Shown here: positions 50,237 through 59,834 of the stretch, piece after piece
Layout: each line of letters opens with the position of its first letter
How positions within the stretch are numbered: position 1 is the first letter of the stretch
Origin: an uncultured Alphaproteobacteria bacterium
Lineage (GTDB): Bacteria > Pseudomonadota > Alphaproteobacteria > RF32 > CAG-239
Assembly (NCBI GenBank): GCA_944391515.1
Contig: CALXTW010000001.1
Coordinates: 1,378 to 65,377, forward strand
DNA: 64,000 nt
Direction of reading: 5' to 3'
The notes under the pieces: generated by a model
Told to the model about the DNA's origin: nothing
Seen by the model: only the letters and a program-made list of their open reading frames with translations
Database searches by the model: none
Made by a program: the position numbers and the translations under genes

Positions 50237-50818
50237 ATGAAACTGATTGCTGTTACAGGTTCTATCGGATGTGGAAAAACTACATTATCAAACCTTATTC
50301 GCAAAATGGGGTTTTGTGTGTTTGATGCTGATGGTTGGGTCAGACGTCTTTATTATCAAAAAGATTTTATAAAAGTTATTGCTCAACATTTTCCATCAGT
50401 GATGGAGCAGGGAAAAGTTAACAAAAGAGCTTTGCGCAATATTGTTTTTAGTGATGCTCAGCAACGCAAATTGTTAGAGAGTCTTATTCATCCTTTTTTA
50501 AAGCACACCTTAAAAAATTTAAAAAGAAAAAATGCTTTTTTTGATGATTTATTTTTCTTGGATGTCGCCTTATTATTCGAAATGGGGTGGGAAAAATATT
50601 GCGACTTGGTGATTGTGGCCGATGTGGATTATGAAACACAAAAAAAACGTGTGATGAAAAGAGATAATATTTCGGCTGAGGATTTTGATAAAATTAATAA
50701 TGTGCAACTTAATAATGAACACAAAAAAGCGTTAGCTGATGTGGTGATTAATACAAATCAACCACTAAATGTGCTTAAAACCAAATTGATTTGTTTGTTA
50801 AGTGAAATTGAGGATTAG
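50237..50818 (+). CDS. coaE: Dephospho-CoA kinase
   Basis: MKLIAVTGSIGCGKTT P-loop at the N-terminus. Start set at the ATG with an upstream ggaga. The ORF track extends upstream. Confidence 0.8.
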   Translation: MKLIAVTGSIGCGKTTLSNLIRKMGFCVFDADGWVRRLYYQKDFIKVIAQHFPSVMEQGKVNKRALRNIVFSDAQQRKLLESLIHPFLKHTLKNLKRKNAFFDDLFFLDVALLFEMGWEKYCDLVIVADVDYETQKKRVMKRDNISAEDFDKINNVQLNNEHKKALADVVINTNQPLNVLKTKLICLLSEIED

Positions 50819-51524
50819 TATGGTTAGAGAAGTTGTTTTTGATACGGAAACTACCGGTTTTAATGTTGATGAAGGAGACCGTTTGGTGGAAATCGGTGCC
50901 GTGGAACTGATTAACCATATGCCCACCGGTGTAACTTATCACCAATATATTAACCCTGAAAGAGAAGTGCCGGAAGAGGCTTTTAAGGTTCACGGCTTAA
51001 ATTATGAATTTTTAAAAGATTTTCCGACATTTGATAAGGTAGCCGATGAATGGTTGGAGTTTGTCGGTGACGCTGTTTTGGTGGCGCACAATGCTTCGTT
51101 TGATATCGGGTTTTTGAACGGACAATTAAAAGAACTAGGCAAACCTTTGTTTACCTGGGACAGAGTAGTGGATACTTTGGAAATTGCTCGAACTTTATTC
51201 CCAGGGGCAAGGGTTAACTTGGATGCTTTGTGTCGGCGTTACGGAATCGATAATAGTGAACGTACTTTGCACGGCGCTTTGCTCGATGCCGATTTGCTTG
51301 CTAAAGTTTATTTGGAACTTTTGGGCGGGCAAGAGCCAAGCATGTTAAAAGAAGAGAAAAAAGTTTCTCATGCAACGGTGTTTATGGATAGTTCACAACA
51401 AAAAAGAGAATTCAGACCGGCCAGAAATTTTGATTTGAGTGCGGAAGAAATTCAGGCTCATAATGATTTTTTGGCGGCAAATATTAAAGATGCCGTGTGG
51501 TTGAAAGAGCCAAGCAGTGAATAA
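50802..51524 (+). CDS. dnaQ: DNA polymerase III epsilon subunit (3'-5' exonuclease)
   Basis: Exo I VVFDTETTG. Exo II LVAHNASFD. Exo III HGALLDADLLAKVY. Confidence 0.85.
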   Translation: MKLRISMVREVVFDTETTGFNVDEGDRLVEIGAVELINHMPTGVTYHQYINPEREVPEEAFKVHGLNYEFLKDFPTFDKVADEWLEFVGDAVLVAHNASFDIGFLNGQLKELGKPLFTWDRVVDTLEIARTLFPGARVNLDALCRRYGIDNSERTLHGALLDADLLAKVYLELLGGQEPSMLKEEKKVSHATVFMDSSQQKREFRPARNFDLSAEEIQAHNDFLAANIKDAVWLKEPSSE

Positions 51525-51583
51525 CTTGACTTTTGGTATGCTTTCATTTATGTTGCTTTTCATATTTTTATTATTTAATTTAT

Positions 51584-52261
51584 ATGATTATGAAAAAGAA
51601 AATTTTAACAATCGGAAGGCATGGCGCTTATGATTTTACAAGCTCGATGCCGTTGCTTGACTATAGTATGGTTGAGGCTTTTTACCACGGAAAACAATTG
51701 AAAAGTTTGTCTGGTGGTATAAATAAAATTTATTCTTCTCCAATGGCGAGGGCAAACGTTACGGCTTGTTTGAATGCAATCGGTGCCGGTGGTGATGAAA
51801 ATCAAGTTACTGTTCTGAAGCAGCTTACCGAAAGTGCTTCGCAAAATACTCTTCGAATTGTGTGGGAAGATTTGAAAAATCAATGTGAAAGTTCAGATTT
51901 AAATCATCTGCATTTGGTAACTCATTTGCCGGTGATTGATACTTTGTCTTATCTTTTTTTCAAGTTTTCGTATTTTGTTGCCCCCGGTGAATGTTTGGTG
52001 TTGGAAAGTGATTCTTGGGAAAATTTATTTGCCGGTAAAGTTCAGGTTTCTAAATTACCAGCTTTTGAGCCAAATATCCTAAGTATTTATCAAAGCAGGC
52101 TTTTCGGTACCAAAAGAAAAGATATTAATAAAGTCTTTGACGGTGTTAAGAATATTAACCCCGAAGAGGTGTTTGACTATCTGGAAGAAATAGGCAAGCT
52201 AAATGAGCAATTTGATTGGCAAAAAGTCTGTACTATTTTCAAAAGTAAAACCCTGAAGTAA
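51584..52261 (+). CDS. Histidine phosphatase superfamily protein (SixA/PGM-like)
   Basis: N-terminal TIGRHGAYD (RHG motif). YSSPMARA. Downstream His in VTHLPVI. Confidence 0.5.
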   Translation: MIMKKKILTIGRHGAYDFTSSMPLLDYSMVEAFYHGKQLKSLSGGINKIYSSPMARANVTACLNAIGAGGDENQVTVLKQLTESASQNTLRIVWEDLKNQCESSDLNHLHLVTHLPVIDTLSYLFFKFSYFVAPGECLVLESDSWENLFAGKVQVSKLPAFEPNILSIYQSRLFGTKRKDINKVFDGVKNINPEEVFDYLEEIGKLNEQFDWQKVCTIFKSKTLK

Positions 52262-52275
52262 TTTTCAGGGTTTTT
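52250..52275 (+). terminator. Bidirectional terminator between 51584..52261 and nth
   Basis: ccctgaa gtaat tttcaggg followed by a T-run. Confidence 0.45.
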
Positions 52276-52280
52276 GCTTT

Positions 52281-52973
52281 TTAAATCAATTTATCATCAG
52301 AGTGACAGAATTTTTGTATGGGACAGTTGGCACAATCCGGTTTTTGAGCTTTGCAGATATAGCGGCCAAACAGTACTAACCAATGATTGGCATTTTTTAC
52401 ATAGTTTTGCGGCAAAACTTTGAGTAAATCTTCTTCTACTTTAAGCGGGGTTTTTCCATCACTCAAATTAAGGCGGTGTGAAATACGCATGACATGAGTA
52501 TCAACCGCTAAAGTGGGTTGATTAAACCAAACATTGAGCACAACATTGGCGGTTTTTCGCCCAACACCGGGGAGGGTTTCTAAGATATTTCTATCTTCGG
52601 GAACAACTCCTTGATGATTTTTTACAAGTTCTTCCGACAATGCAATGATGTTTTTGGCTTTGTTATTATACAAACCAATTGTTTTGATGTAAGTTTTGAG
52701 TTTTTCTAATCCAAGAGATAGCATTTTTTGCGGGGTATCTGCTATCTTGAACAATTCTTCAGTGGCTTTGTTTACTCCTTTATCGGTGCTTTGAGCCGAC
52801 AAAACAACCGCAACCAACAAAGTATAAGCATTGGTGTAATTGAGTTCGCATTTGGGATTTGGATCTCTTTGGTTGAAGATATCCATAATCTCTAAAATTT
52901 CAGAAGTGGGGCGAATCATGCTTTGACACCTCCGGCACCGGCTGCTTTGGGAGCATTGGTGTCTAAAGGCCAA
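52281..52973 (-). CDS. nth: Endonuclease III
   Basis: HhH-GPD LPGVGRKTANVVL. C-terminal 4Fe-4S cluster CKAQKPDCANCPIQKFC. Confidence 0.9.
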   Translation of the reverse strand: MAFRHQCSQSSRCRRCQSMIRPTSEILEIMDIFNQRDPNPKCELNYTNAYTLLVAVVLSAQSTDKGVNKATEELFKIADTPQKMLSLGLEKLKTYIKTIGLYNNKAKNIIALSEELVKNHQGVVPEDRNILETLPGVGRKTANVVLNVWFNQPTLAVDTHVMRISHRLNLSDGKTPLKVEEDLLKVLPQNYVKNANHWLVLFGRYICKAQKPDCANCPIQKFCHSDDKLI

Positions 52974-53992
52974 CGTGGGCGCGGTTTGAAGTCTAGAGTA
53001 TTGGTTAGGCCTTTTTGAAATCTTTCAAGTCCGGCCCAAGCAATCATAACACCATTATCAGTGCAATATTTAATCGGTGGCGCTGAAAATTGAAGGTTGT
53101 GTTTATCAGCCAAATTTTTAAGACTGTCTCTTAAAAAGGTATTGGCGGCAACACCTCCGGAAACAACCAAGTCTTTTCCTTCGGGGTAGTTTTCTTTGAA
53201 ATATGAAATGGCTTTTTCTAATTTGTGGGTTAGACAATCCGTGGCGGCGGTTTGAAAAGCGGCGCAGATGTCGGCGGCATCGCGTTTGCGCATAATAGCG
53301 TGTTCGATTTTTCCGTCAGGAGAATAAGATTCAATAATCTTACGGACTGCTGTTTTTAAGCCTGAAAAAGATAAATTGCAATCGCCTGAATTTTGCAGTG
53401 GGCGAGGCAGTGGAAATCTGTCCGGATTACCGACAGAGGCCATCTTTTCTATCATCGGACCTCCGGGGTAGCCAAGATTGAGCATTTTGGCAACTTTATC
53501 AAAAGCTTCTCCTGCGGCATCATCAATAGTTGTACCTAATCTTTCAAAATCACCAACGCCTTTGACAATCAAAATTTGGCAATGTCCGCCCGAAACTAAG
53601 AGCAATAAATAAGGATAAGTAACGTCTTCGGTCAGGCGAGCACAAAGGGCGTGTCCTTCCAAGTGATTGACAGCAATGAAAGGTTTGTTTAAGGCCAGAG
53701 CCAGGGCTTTGGCTGCCATAACACCAACAACAACTCCGCCGATTAAACCCGGGCCAGATGAGGCGGCAATGGCGTCCAAGTCTTCTAACTTGATGCCGGC
53801 TTTGTTAACGCAATGTTCAATAATTTCATCTATATGGTCTAAGTGAGAACGAGCCGCAATTTCTGGTACAACGCCACCAAAAACTTTGTGCTCTTCTTGC
53901 GAAAGGAGGCTTTGTCCTAAAATTTCTCTCTTCTCATTGACTATGGCAGCCGCGGTTTCGTCGCAACTGCTTTCTATACCAAGTACTAACAT
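52916..53992 (-). CDS. tsaD: tRNA N6-adenosine threonylcarbamoyltransferase TsaD
   Basis: MLVLGIESSCDETAAAIV N-terminus. HLEGHA metal motif. Start set at the conserved N-terminus, whereas the ORF track begins 33 codons earlier. The 3' end overlaps nth. Confidence 0.85.
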   Translation of the reverse strand: MLVLGIESSCDETAAAIVNEKREILGQSLLSQEEHKVFGGVVPEIAARSHLDHIDEIIEHCVNKAGIKLEDLDAIAASSGPGLIGGVVVGVMAAKALALALNKPFIAVNHLEGHALCARLTEDVTYPYLLLLVSGGHCQILIVKGVGDFERLGTTIDDAAGEAFDKVAKMLNLGYPGGPMIEKMASVGNPDRFPLPRPLQNSGDCNLSFSGLKTAVRKIIESYSPDGKIEHAIMRKRDAADICAAFQTAATDCLTHKLEKAISYFKENYPEGKDLVVSGGVAANTFLRDSLKNLADKHNLQFSAPPIKYCTDNGVMIAWAGLERFQKGLTNTLDFKPRPRWPLDTNAPKAAGAGGVKA

Positions 53993-54083
53993 GTTGTTTA
54001 TCCGTTTTTGTATTGCAGTTTTTTTTAAATTATATACACTATAAAAAAATTGTTGCCAAGAATTATCACATAAGGATTTTAAG

Positions 54084-55103
54084 ATGGTCAAAAATACTGA
54101 AAAAAAACAAGAAATTGATGTTGCACAACCTAATCAAACAAAATCTCGGCATATTATGTTTAAGACTTTTTCTTTAATTGTTGTTTGTATGGTTGGTTAT
54201 GGCGTATGGCAAAATCCGGCTTTGGTGCAAAAAATGACGAATTGGGTTAAGACCAGTTCTGTTCAAGACGAAAATGCTTACCAAAGAGAAAATATGCTCT
54301 ATCAGCAGATTTCTTTATTGCAAAACCAAATAGCTCAGTTGCAAATGCAGGTTAATTCTTTGCCGCAACAATCAAATGCTGAGTTGGATTTGTCTCAAGT
54401 TGAAGATAAAATTTCTGCCATCGAACAACAAAATTTAAACGTGATTAATTCTAAAGCAGATGTGGCTACCGTGTTGGGTATTGTTACCCGTTTGGATAAA
54501 ATTGAAGAAAAATTAGATACTTTAGCAAAAATCAGTGACGATGGTGCTTTGGTTTTAACTGCTACCATGATGGTGCGTGAATGTGCCGATAATGGGGTTA
54601 ATTTTGTTTATGAGGCCGAAATCTTAAATCAATTAGCTAAAGATGATAAAGATATTCAAAATGATGTCGCAACTATTTTGCGTTATGCAAATGAAGGTGT
54701 GATGTCTCAAAATGAATTAAAAACCCAATTCCAAAAAATTTATAAAAACTTGGTAAAGGTTAGTGAAAAACAAAGTTTGGAAGGCAAAAGCTGGAAAGAA
54801 AAACTTAATATTAAACTCAGCGAAGTCGTGAAGGTTAAAAGAGTTAATGATTTGGCTGTTCCACAAAGTGAACAACAAGATAAAAATATGTTCAAAAAAG
54901 TGAAAAATTTGGTTGATGCAGGTAATTTGCGTCAGGCTTTGGATGAATTACACCAGATGAATAATCCGGTTGTTACCGATAACGAAATTTTAAAAGTTTG
55001 GATGGATAAAGCTCAGGCTAAGGTTAATTTTAATCAAGCTATTGCCAATATTTCAGCTCATTCGTTGGCTTTGATGAAGGTTAACAGCTTAAAAAATAAT
55101 TAG
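54084..55103 (+). CDS. Hypothetical membrane-anchored coiled-coil protein
   Basis: Single N-terminal TM helix (FKTFSLIVVCMVGYGVW) followed by Q/L-rich coiled-coil heptads. Confidence 0.45.
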   Translation: MVKNTEKKQEIDVAQPNQTKSRHIMFKTFSLIVVCMVGYGVWQNPALVQKMTNWVKTSSVQDENAYQRENMLYQQISLLQNQIAQLQMQVNSLPQQSNAELDLSQVEDKISAIEQQNLNVINSKADVATVLGIVTRLDKIEEKLDTLAKISDDGALVLTATMMVRECADNGVNFVYEAEILNQLAKDDKDIQNDVATILRYANEGVMSQNELKTQFQKIYKNLVKVSEKQSLEGKSWKEKLNIKLSEVVKVKRVNDLAVPQSEQQDKNMFKKVKNLVDAGNLRQALDELHQMNNPVVTDNEILKVWMDKAQAKVNFNQAIANISAHSLALMKVNSLKNN

Positions 55104-55120
55104 TTTAGAGGATTGAGAAA

Positions 55121-56518
55121 ATGGATAAATCTGGTTTAAAAAAAGTTTGGGCTGATAAATTTAGTCATGTTCCTCAGGTTTTGGAAAATGTGAAAAAAGT
55201 TAGTTCGGCGGCAACGGCTTTTAATGCAAATATTGATGCCGTTCTTAAAATTAAAGGTTCTAAAATTGCTGAGTTGGCACAAGCCTCCGGTTTGAATTTG
55301 AAAAAACTTTCCGAAACGGGAAATAATAAACTTTTATTCGGAAGCGATGTGATTAAAGGTATTTTTAAGTGCTTTACCAGAGGTATTGCCGAAGAGTGGT
55401 TGACCGAAGATAAAATTGTTTTTGATTGGATGGTTCAACATTTGGGATATGACCGCTTGCAAATGGGTGGACAAGGTGGAATCGTTGCCAATGTTTTGGC
55501 CGTGGTCGGTGTGAATAAAGTTTTTGCTCATGCGAACTCTTTACCAAAACTCCAAGCTGAACAATTTTTGAAGTTGGATAATTTGGTATCTTTTGATGAT
55601 GAAGGAAAAGAAAAACCTGCTTACCTGATTGATAGAAATGGAGATATTCCTTTGATTCACTGGATTATTGAATTTGATAAAGGGGATAGCTTTACTTTTG
55701 AGGGGGAAACTTTTGTTTGCCCAAAATCTAACCGATTTATTGCAACTTATGACCCGTTGAATTTGCATTTGGTGATGGATAAAAGCTTTGTTGAAGCAAC
55801 CACTATCCAAAAAATGGATTATGTGATTTTGTCGGGTTTTCATGCCTTAACCAAGCAAAATGACGGGGTTAACCTTATTAAGAAATCTTTGCCGATTATT
55901 GAAAATTGGAAAGAAAATGGTGATATTGTCCATTTGGAAATTGCTTCTACTCAAGATATAGCCGTGCGTAAAGCTATTGTTGATGAAGTTGCTTCAAAAG
56001 TTGATTCTGTCGGAATTAATGAGCGCGAAGCTATTGATGTTTTGGAAGTTATCGGTTGTGAAGATTTGGCTCAAAAGTGTAATGAAGATACACATAGCAA
56101 AAATTTGTTTGAGGCGCTATTGGCGATTAAAAGCAAACTTAAAACGCCTCGAATCCAACTTCATATGTTTGGTTTGTATATGACCTTGCAAGATAAAGGT
56201 TTCAAAATTACACCTGAGGCTAATTTAAGGGGTATGATGTTGGCTGCAACCATTGCTGCCAGCAAGGCCGGAACTGGAAATATTCATAATAAAGAAAACC
56301 TTTTATGGGCTCATGGGCAAAAAGTTGCCGATGTGGGATTAGATGAGTTAGCTGATTTGGCAGAATTGCTTAAGTCTCCGACTTTGCTTGAAACAGGTAT
56401 AACTGAAGTTGAGGGTTATGATTTGATTGCTTTGCCGACAATCTTGGTTGAAAAACCTTTAACCTTGGTGGGTATGGGAGATACTATCTCTTCTTTATCG
56501 CTCATTGGGGCTAGATAA
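55121..56518 (+). CDS. ADP-dependent sugar kinase family protein (ADP-glucokinase/phosphofructokinase-like, ribokinase superfamily)
   Basis: QMGGQGGIVANVLA (GG..A.AN motif). VHLEIAST (HxE[F/I]AS motif). GINEREAID (NExE motif). C-terminal GMGDTISS (GxGD anion hole). Confidence 0.6.
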   Translation: MDKSGLKKVWADKFSHVPQVLENVKKVSSAATAFNANIDAVLKIKGSKIAELAQASGLNLKKLSETGNNKLLFGSDVIKGIFKCFTRGIAEEWLTEDKIVFDWMVQHLGYDRLQMGGQGGIVANVLAVVGVNKVFAHANSLPKLQAEQFLKLDNLVSFDDEGKEKPAYLIDRNGDIPLIHWIIEFDKGDSFTFEGETFVCPKSNRFIATYDPLNLHLVMDKSFVEATTIQKMDYVILSGFHALTKQNDGVNLIKKSLPIIENWKENGDIVHLEIASTQDIAVRKAIVDEVASKVDSVGINEREAIDVLEVIGCEDLAQKCNEDTHSKNLFEALLAIKSKLKTPRIQLHMFGLYMTLQDKGFKITPEANLRGMMLAATIAASKAGTGNIHNKENLLWAHGQKVADVGLDELADLAELLKSPTLLETGITEVEGYDLIALPTILVEKPLTLVGMGDTISSLSLIGAR

Positions 56519-56531
56519 AACTAAAAAAGAA

Positions 56532-56556
56532 AAGGCTGCAATTTGCAGCCTTTTTT
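56532..56556 (+). terminator. Bidirectional terminator between the kinase gene and aroK
   Basis: aaaggctgcaa tttgcagcctttt followed by a T-run. Confidence 0.5.
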
Positions 56557-57091
56557 ATTTGCTTAGGAATTTGTTGATGGCATCAATAACGCGTTGAACA
56601 GTATTATCTACTTGTTCTTCTTTGGTTTCGACCACTATATCGGCCTCGGAATAATAAGGATATTCTTCGGAGATATATTTTTCTAATTTGTTTTTAAGAT
56701 GCGAATCGTCGCCTTCCAAAAATGGGCGATGTTTGCGGCCGGCGGTGCGATTGTATAAAACATCAATATCGGCTTTGAGCCAAATTGTGATAGCATGAAG
56801 TTTGGCTAAAGCGCGGGTTTGATCGGCTACAAAGGAGCCGCCGCCTGAGGCCAAAACGCAAGGACTGCCTTGAAGAAGGCGTTTCATTACTCTTTTTTCT
56901 CCGGCGCGATATTCTTCTTCGCCAAAACATTTTAGAACATCTACCAAAGATAATCCTGCGGCCTTTTCTATTTCTTGGTCGCCGTCAACAAAGGGCAAAT
57001 TTAATTTTTTAGCCAATCTTTTGCCAACGCTGGTTTTGCCGCTGCCCATTAATCCTACAAGCAATATTATTTTATCTATTTTTTTGGTCAT
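56555..57091 (-). CDS. aroK: Shikimate kinase
   Basis: IILLVGLMGSGKTSVGKRLAKKLNLPFVDGD. 178 aa. Confidence 0.85.
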   Translation of the reverse strand: MTKKIDKIILLVGLMGSGKTSVGKRLAKKLNLPFVDGDQEIEKAAGLSLVDVLKCFGEEEYRAGEKRVMKRLLQGSPCVLASGGGSFVADQTRALAKLHAITIWLKADIDVLYNRTAGRKHRPFLEGDDSHLKNKLEKYISEEYPYYSEADIVVETKEEQVDNTVQRVIDAINKFLSK

Positions 57092-57183
57092 GGTTTATTT
57101 TTTTAATTCTTCTTTCAAGTTTATTATGCTAGATAATATAAAGACTTGTTTTTTTATCAACATTTTTTTTAAGGTTATAGCTT

Positions 57184-57327
57184 ATGAGACAGAAAAAATC
57201 AAATTTTATCTACTATGTTATTGGAATTGCTTTGATTGCTGCCGTTTTGTTTGTGGCCAGCCAAGAAGTTCCTTTAAAAGTTGAACAAGTAGAACAACCG
57301 TTGGAAAATTCTTTTTTGAATAAGTAA
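57184..57327 (+). CDS. Small membrane protein (47 aa) translationally coupled to xerD
   Basis: MRQKKSNFIYYVIGIALIAAVLFVASQ... has a single TM helix. Its stop codon immediately precedes the xerD ATG. Confidence 0.3.
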   Translation: MRQKKSNFIYYVIGIALIAAVLFVASQEVPLKVEQVEQPLENSFLNK

Positions 57328-58236
57328 ATGGCGGAATCTGTTGTTAACCGTTTTTTGGAGATGATGTCGGCCGAAAGAGGGGCGGCTCAAAATACTCTTG
57401 AGGCATATGGACGTGATGTGTCTCAATTTTTGGAGTATTGCGGAAAAGTGTCTTTGAAAAATATTTCCGCTGATGATATTGCTGATTTTGTGCAATATTT
57501 GAGCAAAAAAGAACAACTCTCTTCAAAGACGGTGGCAAGGAAGATTTCTGCCGTAAGAGAATTTTTTAAATTTCTTTATACCGATAAAATTATTAAAGAA
57601 AATCCGGCGGCAGATGTGCAAACGCCCAAACAGCAAAAACCTTTGCCAAAGTTTTTGACCAGAGAGGAAATAAAACAACTTATTCAAGCGGCAAAAGAAG
57701 AAAATTCACCGGCAGGGCGTCGAATGTGCGTGATGTTGGAATTGATGTATGCTTGTGGGTTGCGGGTTTCGGAATTGGTTTCTTTGCCTGAAAATTGTAT
57801 TAATTTTGATAAAAGGCAAATTTTAATCCGAGGTAAGGGGAGTAAAGAAAGAATTGTTCCTGTGGCTCCTCAGGCGGTTGAGGCGGTGTTGGATTATGTG
57901 TCTTATCGGGATTATTTTATTAAAGGCGGAAGAAAATCTATTTGGTTGTTTCCATCAAAGTCTTCGACCTCAGGACATATCACCAGAGACACTTTTTTTA
58001 AGCACCTGAAAGAAATTGCTATTCATGCCGGTATTTCCCCTCAAAAAGTTACACCGCACGTTCTACGCCATTCTTTTGCCACGCATTTGCTTAATAATGA
58101 TGTTGATTTGCGGTCTGTGCAAAAAATGTTGGGTCATGAAAGTATTAATACTACTGAAATTTATACGCATATTATCTCTGATAAACTTATAAAAACCGTC
58201 CAAAAATTGCATCCTTTGGCACAAAAACATTCTTAG
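57328..58236 (+). CDS. xerD: Tyrosine recombinase XerD
   Basis: Core-binding plus catalytic domain. HVLRHSFATHLL and the catalytic Tyr in TEIYTH. Next to aroK as in alphaproteobacteria. Confidence 0.9.
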   Translation: MAESVVNRFLEMMSAERGAAQNTLEAYGRDVSQFLEYCGKVSLKNISADDIADFVQYLSKKEQLSSKTVARKISAVREFFKFLYTDKIIKENPAADVQTPKQQKPLPKFLTREEIKQLIQAAKEENSPAGRRMCVMLELMYACGLRVSELVSLPENCINFDKRQILIRGKGSKERIVPVAPQAVEAVLDYVSYRDYFIKGGRKSIWLFPSKSSTSGHITRDTFFKHLKEIAIHAGISPQKVTPHVLRHSFATHLLNNDVDLRSVQKMLGHESINTTEIYTHIISDKLIKTVQKLHPLAQKHS

Positions 58237-58318
58237 GTTGATTTGTCTTGTATTTTGTTTTATAGTTCAACCATAAGTAAATGTTTTGGGCACTATATGC
58301 CCGTTAGAAGGAGTATTT

Positions 58319-58774
58319 ATGGTGAAGAAAAATAAAAGAGGTCGGTTGGATGACGGTAGCCCGAATCCGGTTGATGTGGCGGTTGGTAAAAAGATTTGTG
58401 AAAGAAGAAATGAATTAGGTTGGTCTATGGAGAAATTGTCTTCGGCTCTTGGTTTAACCTTTCAACAAATTCAAAAATATGAAAAAGGGGCTAACCGTGT
58501 AAGTGCTAGTAGATTATATGATATAAGCAAAGTTTTGGGGGTTGGTATAGATTATTTTTTTGCAGATATTGACGATGAGGCTGCCAAAAAAAGTCCAAGA
58601 CAAGTATTATCAAGTGAGATATTGGAGAAATTTGATGATCCGATGACTTGGGAAGAAAGTAAAACTTTGGCACAAGCCTATTATCAGATTAAAGATAGAG
58701 AGTTGGCGCGGACTATGCTGGAGTTGATGATGAGTATTTCTTCTTCAAGCGATAAGGAAAACGAGTTATTTTAG
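58319..58774 (+). CDS. XRE-family HTH transcriptional regulator, paralog of 15130..15576
   Basis: LGWSMEKLSSALGLTFQQIQKYEKGANRV. RBS agaaggag. Start set at MVKKNKRG. Confidence 0.7.
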   Translation: MVKKNKRGRLDDGSPNPVDVAVGKKICERRNELGWSMEKLSSALGLTFQQIQKYEKGANRVSASRLYDISKVLGVGIDYFFADIDDEAAKKSPRQVLSSEILEKFDDPMTWEESKTLAQAYYQIKDRELARTMLELMMSISSSSDKENELF

Positions 58775-58833
58775 ACAACAAAAAAGGGCGGTTTGAAAAA
58801 ACCGTCCTTTTTGTTTTGTAGTTTGGAAAAGGT

Positions 58834-59784
58834 TTATTCTTTTCCTGTTTTCAGCCTTGTTTCTTTGGCACAGACAAAAGCGTCAATTACATCTTTTGCC
58901 TTTGTTTTTTTCGTAATCCAATCGAATTTTCCTGGTAATTGTAGCCCAAGCTGGTCTTCTGTCCACCAGATAGGCAAATCCCAATCGCGTTCTCCGGAAA
59001 AGTCCGGATTTTTGCAGTCGAATACCGGCTTTTCTTCGAAGAGCTTGATTTCCTCATCTTTGAGCTCAAGCCCGCAGTTGAGGGCATAAGCCTTGGCTAC
59101 TTCTCCGCGGAACATTGCTAAATATGCCTTGATGTATTCCGGAGCCGCTTTGAAGATACGACACCTGATATCGTTGATTTTCTTTGATCCAACGGTAAAG
59201 TAATCAATAACATCTCCAAAGGTTGTTTCTTCTCCTAAATACTGCATTGGAGTTCGAGACTCTGATGCCAAAATCTGACGACCGGTGATGTCTTCGCAGA
59301 ACTCACACATACGGATGGCCAATACACGAGTGATGACTTGTCCGTCAATGGAGGCAGAAAGCAGTTTTTCCGGAGAGGCTTGAGTTTCTCTTACCCAGAA
59401 TGCAATACATTGTTCTTTGGTCATGGCAATGGTATAATCTTCATCACCAGAGAAATGTTCTACCAAATTAGCGAAAGTTGCCAATTCCGGTGTTTTGGTG
59501 AATAGAGAAGTTCTTTTTTGTTTGCCTGTGAGTGTTTTTAACTCACTGCACAGCTGTTTTACGGCTGTACGAGAAAGCGTTGATACTTTCTTTTCCAGAA
59601 TTTCTTTTGTTTTTTCATCTCTTTGTTCAACAGAGAGGTCTTCCAAAGATGCTTTACCTGTGTGGTTGTTTACAAATTCTACCACAAATGATTTTACTAC
59701 CGGCTGAAAAATTTTAGTTTCCATAAGAATAATGATTAAAATTGTTTGACATAAAAGTAACTGTAATGCTTTTGGATTTAGCAC
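58834..59784 (-). CDS. Hypothetical protein (start uncertain: GTG at 59784 or ATG at 59724)
   Basis: Long intact ORF between xerD/XRE and ksgA. No recognisable motif. Hydrophobic N-terminal stretch. Confidence 0.45.
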   Translation of the reverse strand: MLNPKALQLLLCQTILIIILMETKIFQPVVKSFVVEFVNNHTGKASLEDLSVEQRDEKTKEILEKKVSTLSRTAVKQLCSELKTLTGKQKRTSLFTKTPELATFANLVEHFSGDEDYTIAMTKEQCIAFWVRETQASPEKLLSASIDGQVITRVLAIRMCEFCEDITGRQILASESRTPMQYLGEETTFGDVIDYFTVGSKKINDIRCRIFKAAPEYIKAYLAMFRGEVAKAYALNCGLELKDEEIKLFEEKPVFDCKNPDFSGERDWDLPIWWTEDQLGLQLPGKFDWITKKTKAKDVIDAFVCAKETRLKTGKE

Positions 59785-59834
59785 AGCTTTTTATAAAAGA
59801 CAAGAAAAATTTTGAGAAATTTTGACAAAAATAG

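Noticed and set aside
52916-52973. 58-bp overlap of tsaD and nth as a possible frameshift or pseudogene
   Set aside because: Both reading frames are intact with conserved termini. The overlap is in different frames and is plausible for a compact genome.
57328-58236. Tyrosine recombinase as a marker of an integrated mobile element
   Set aside because: Sequence and position next to aroK fit chromosomal XerD (dimer resolution). No att-like repeats, tRNA or phage genes nearby.
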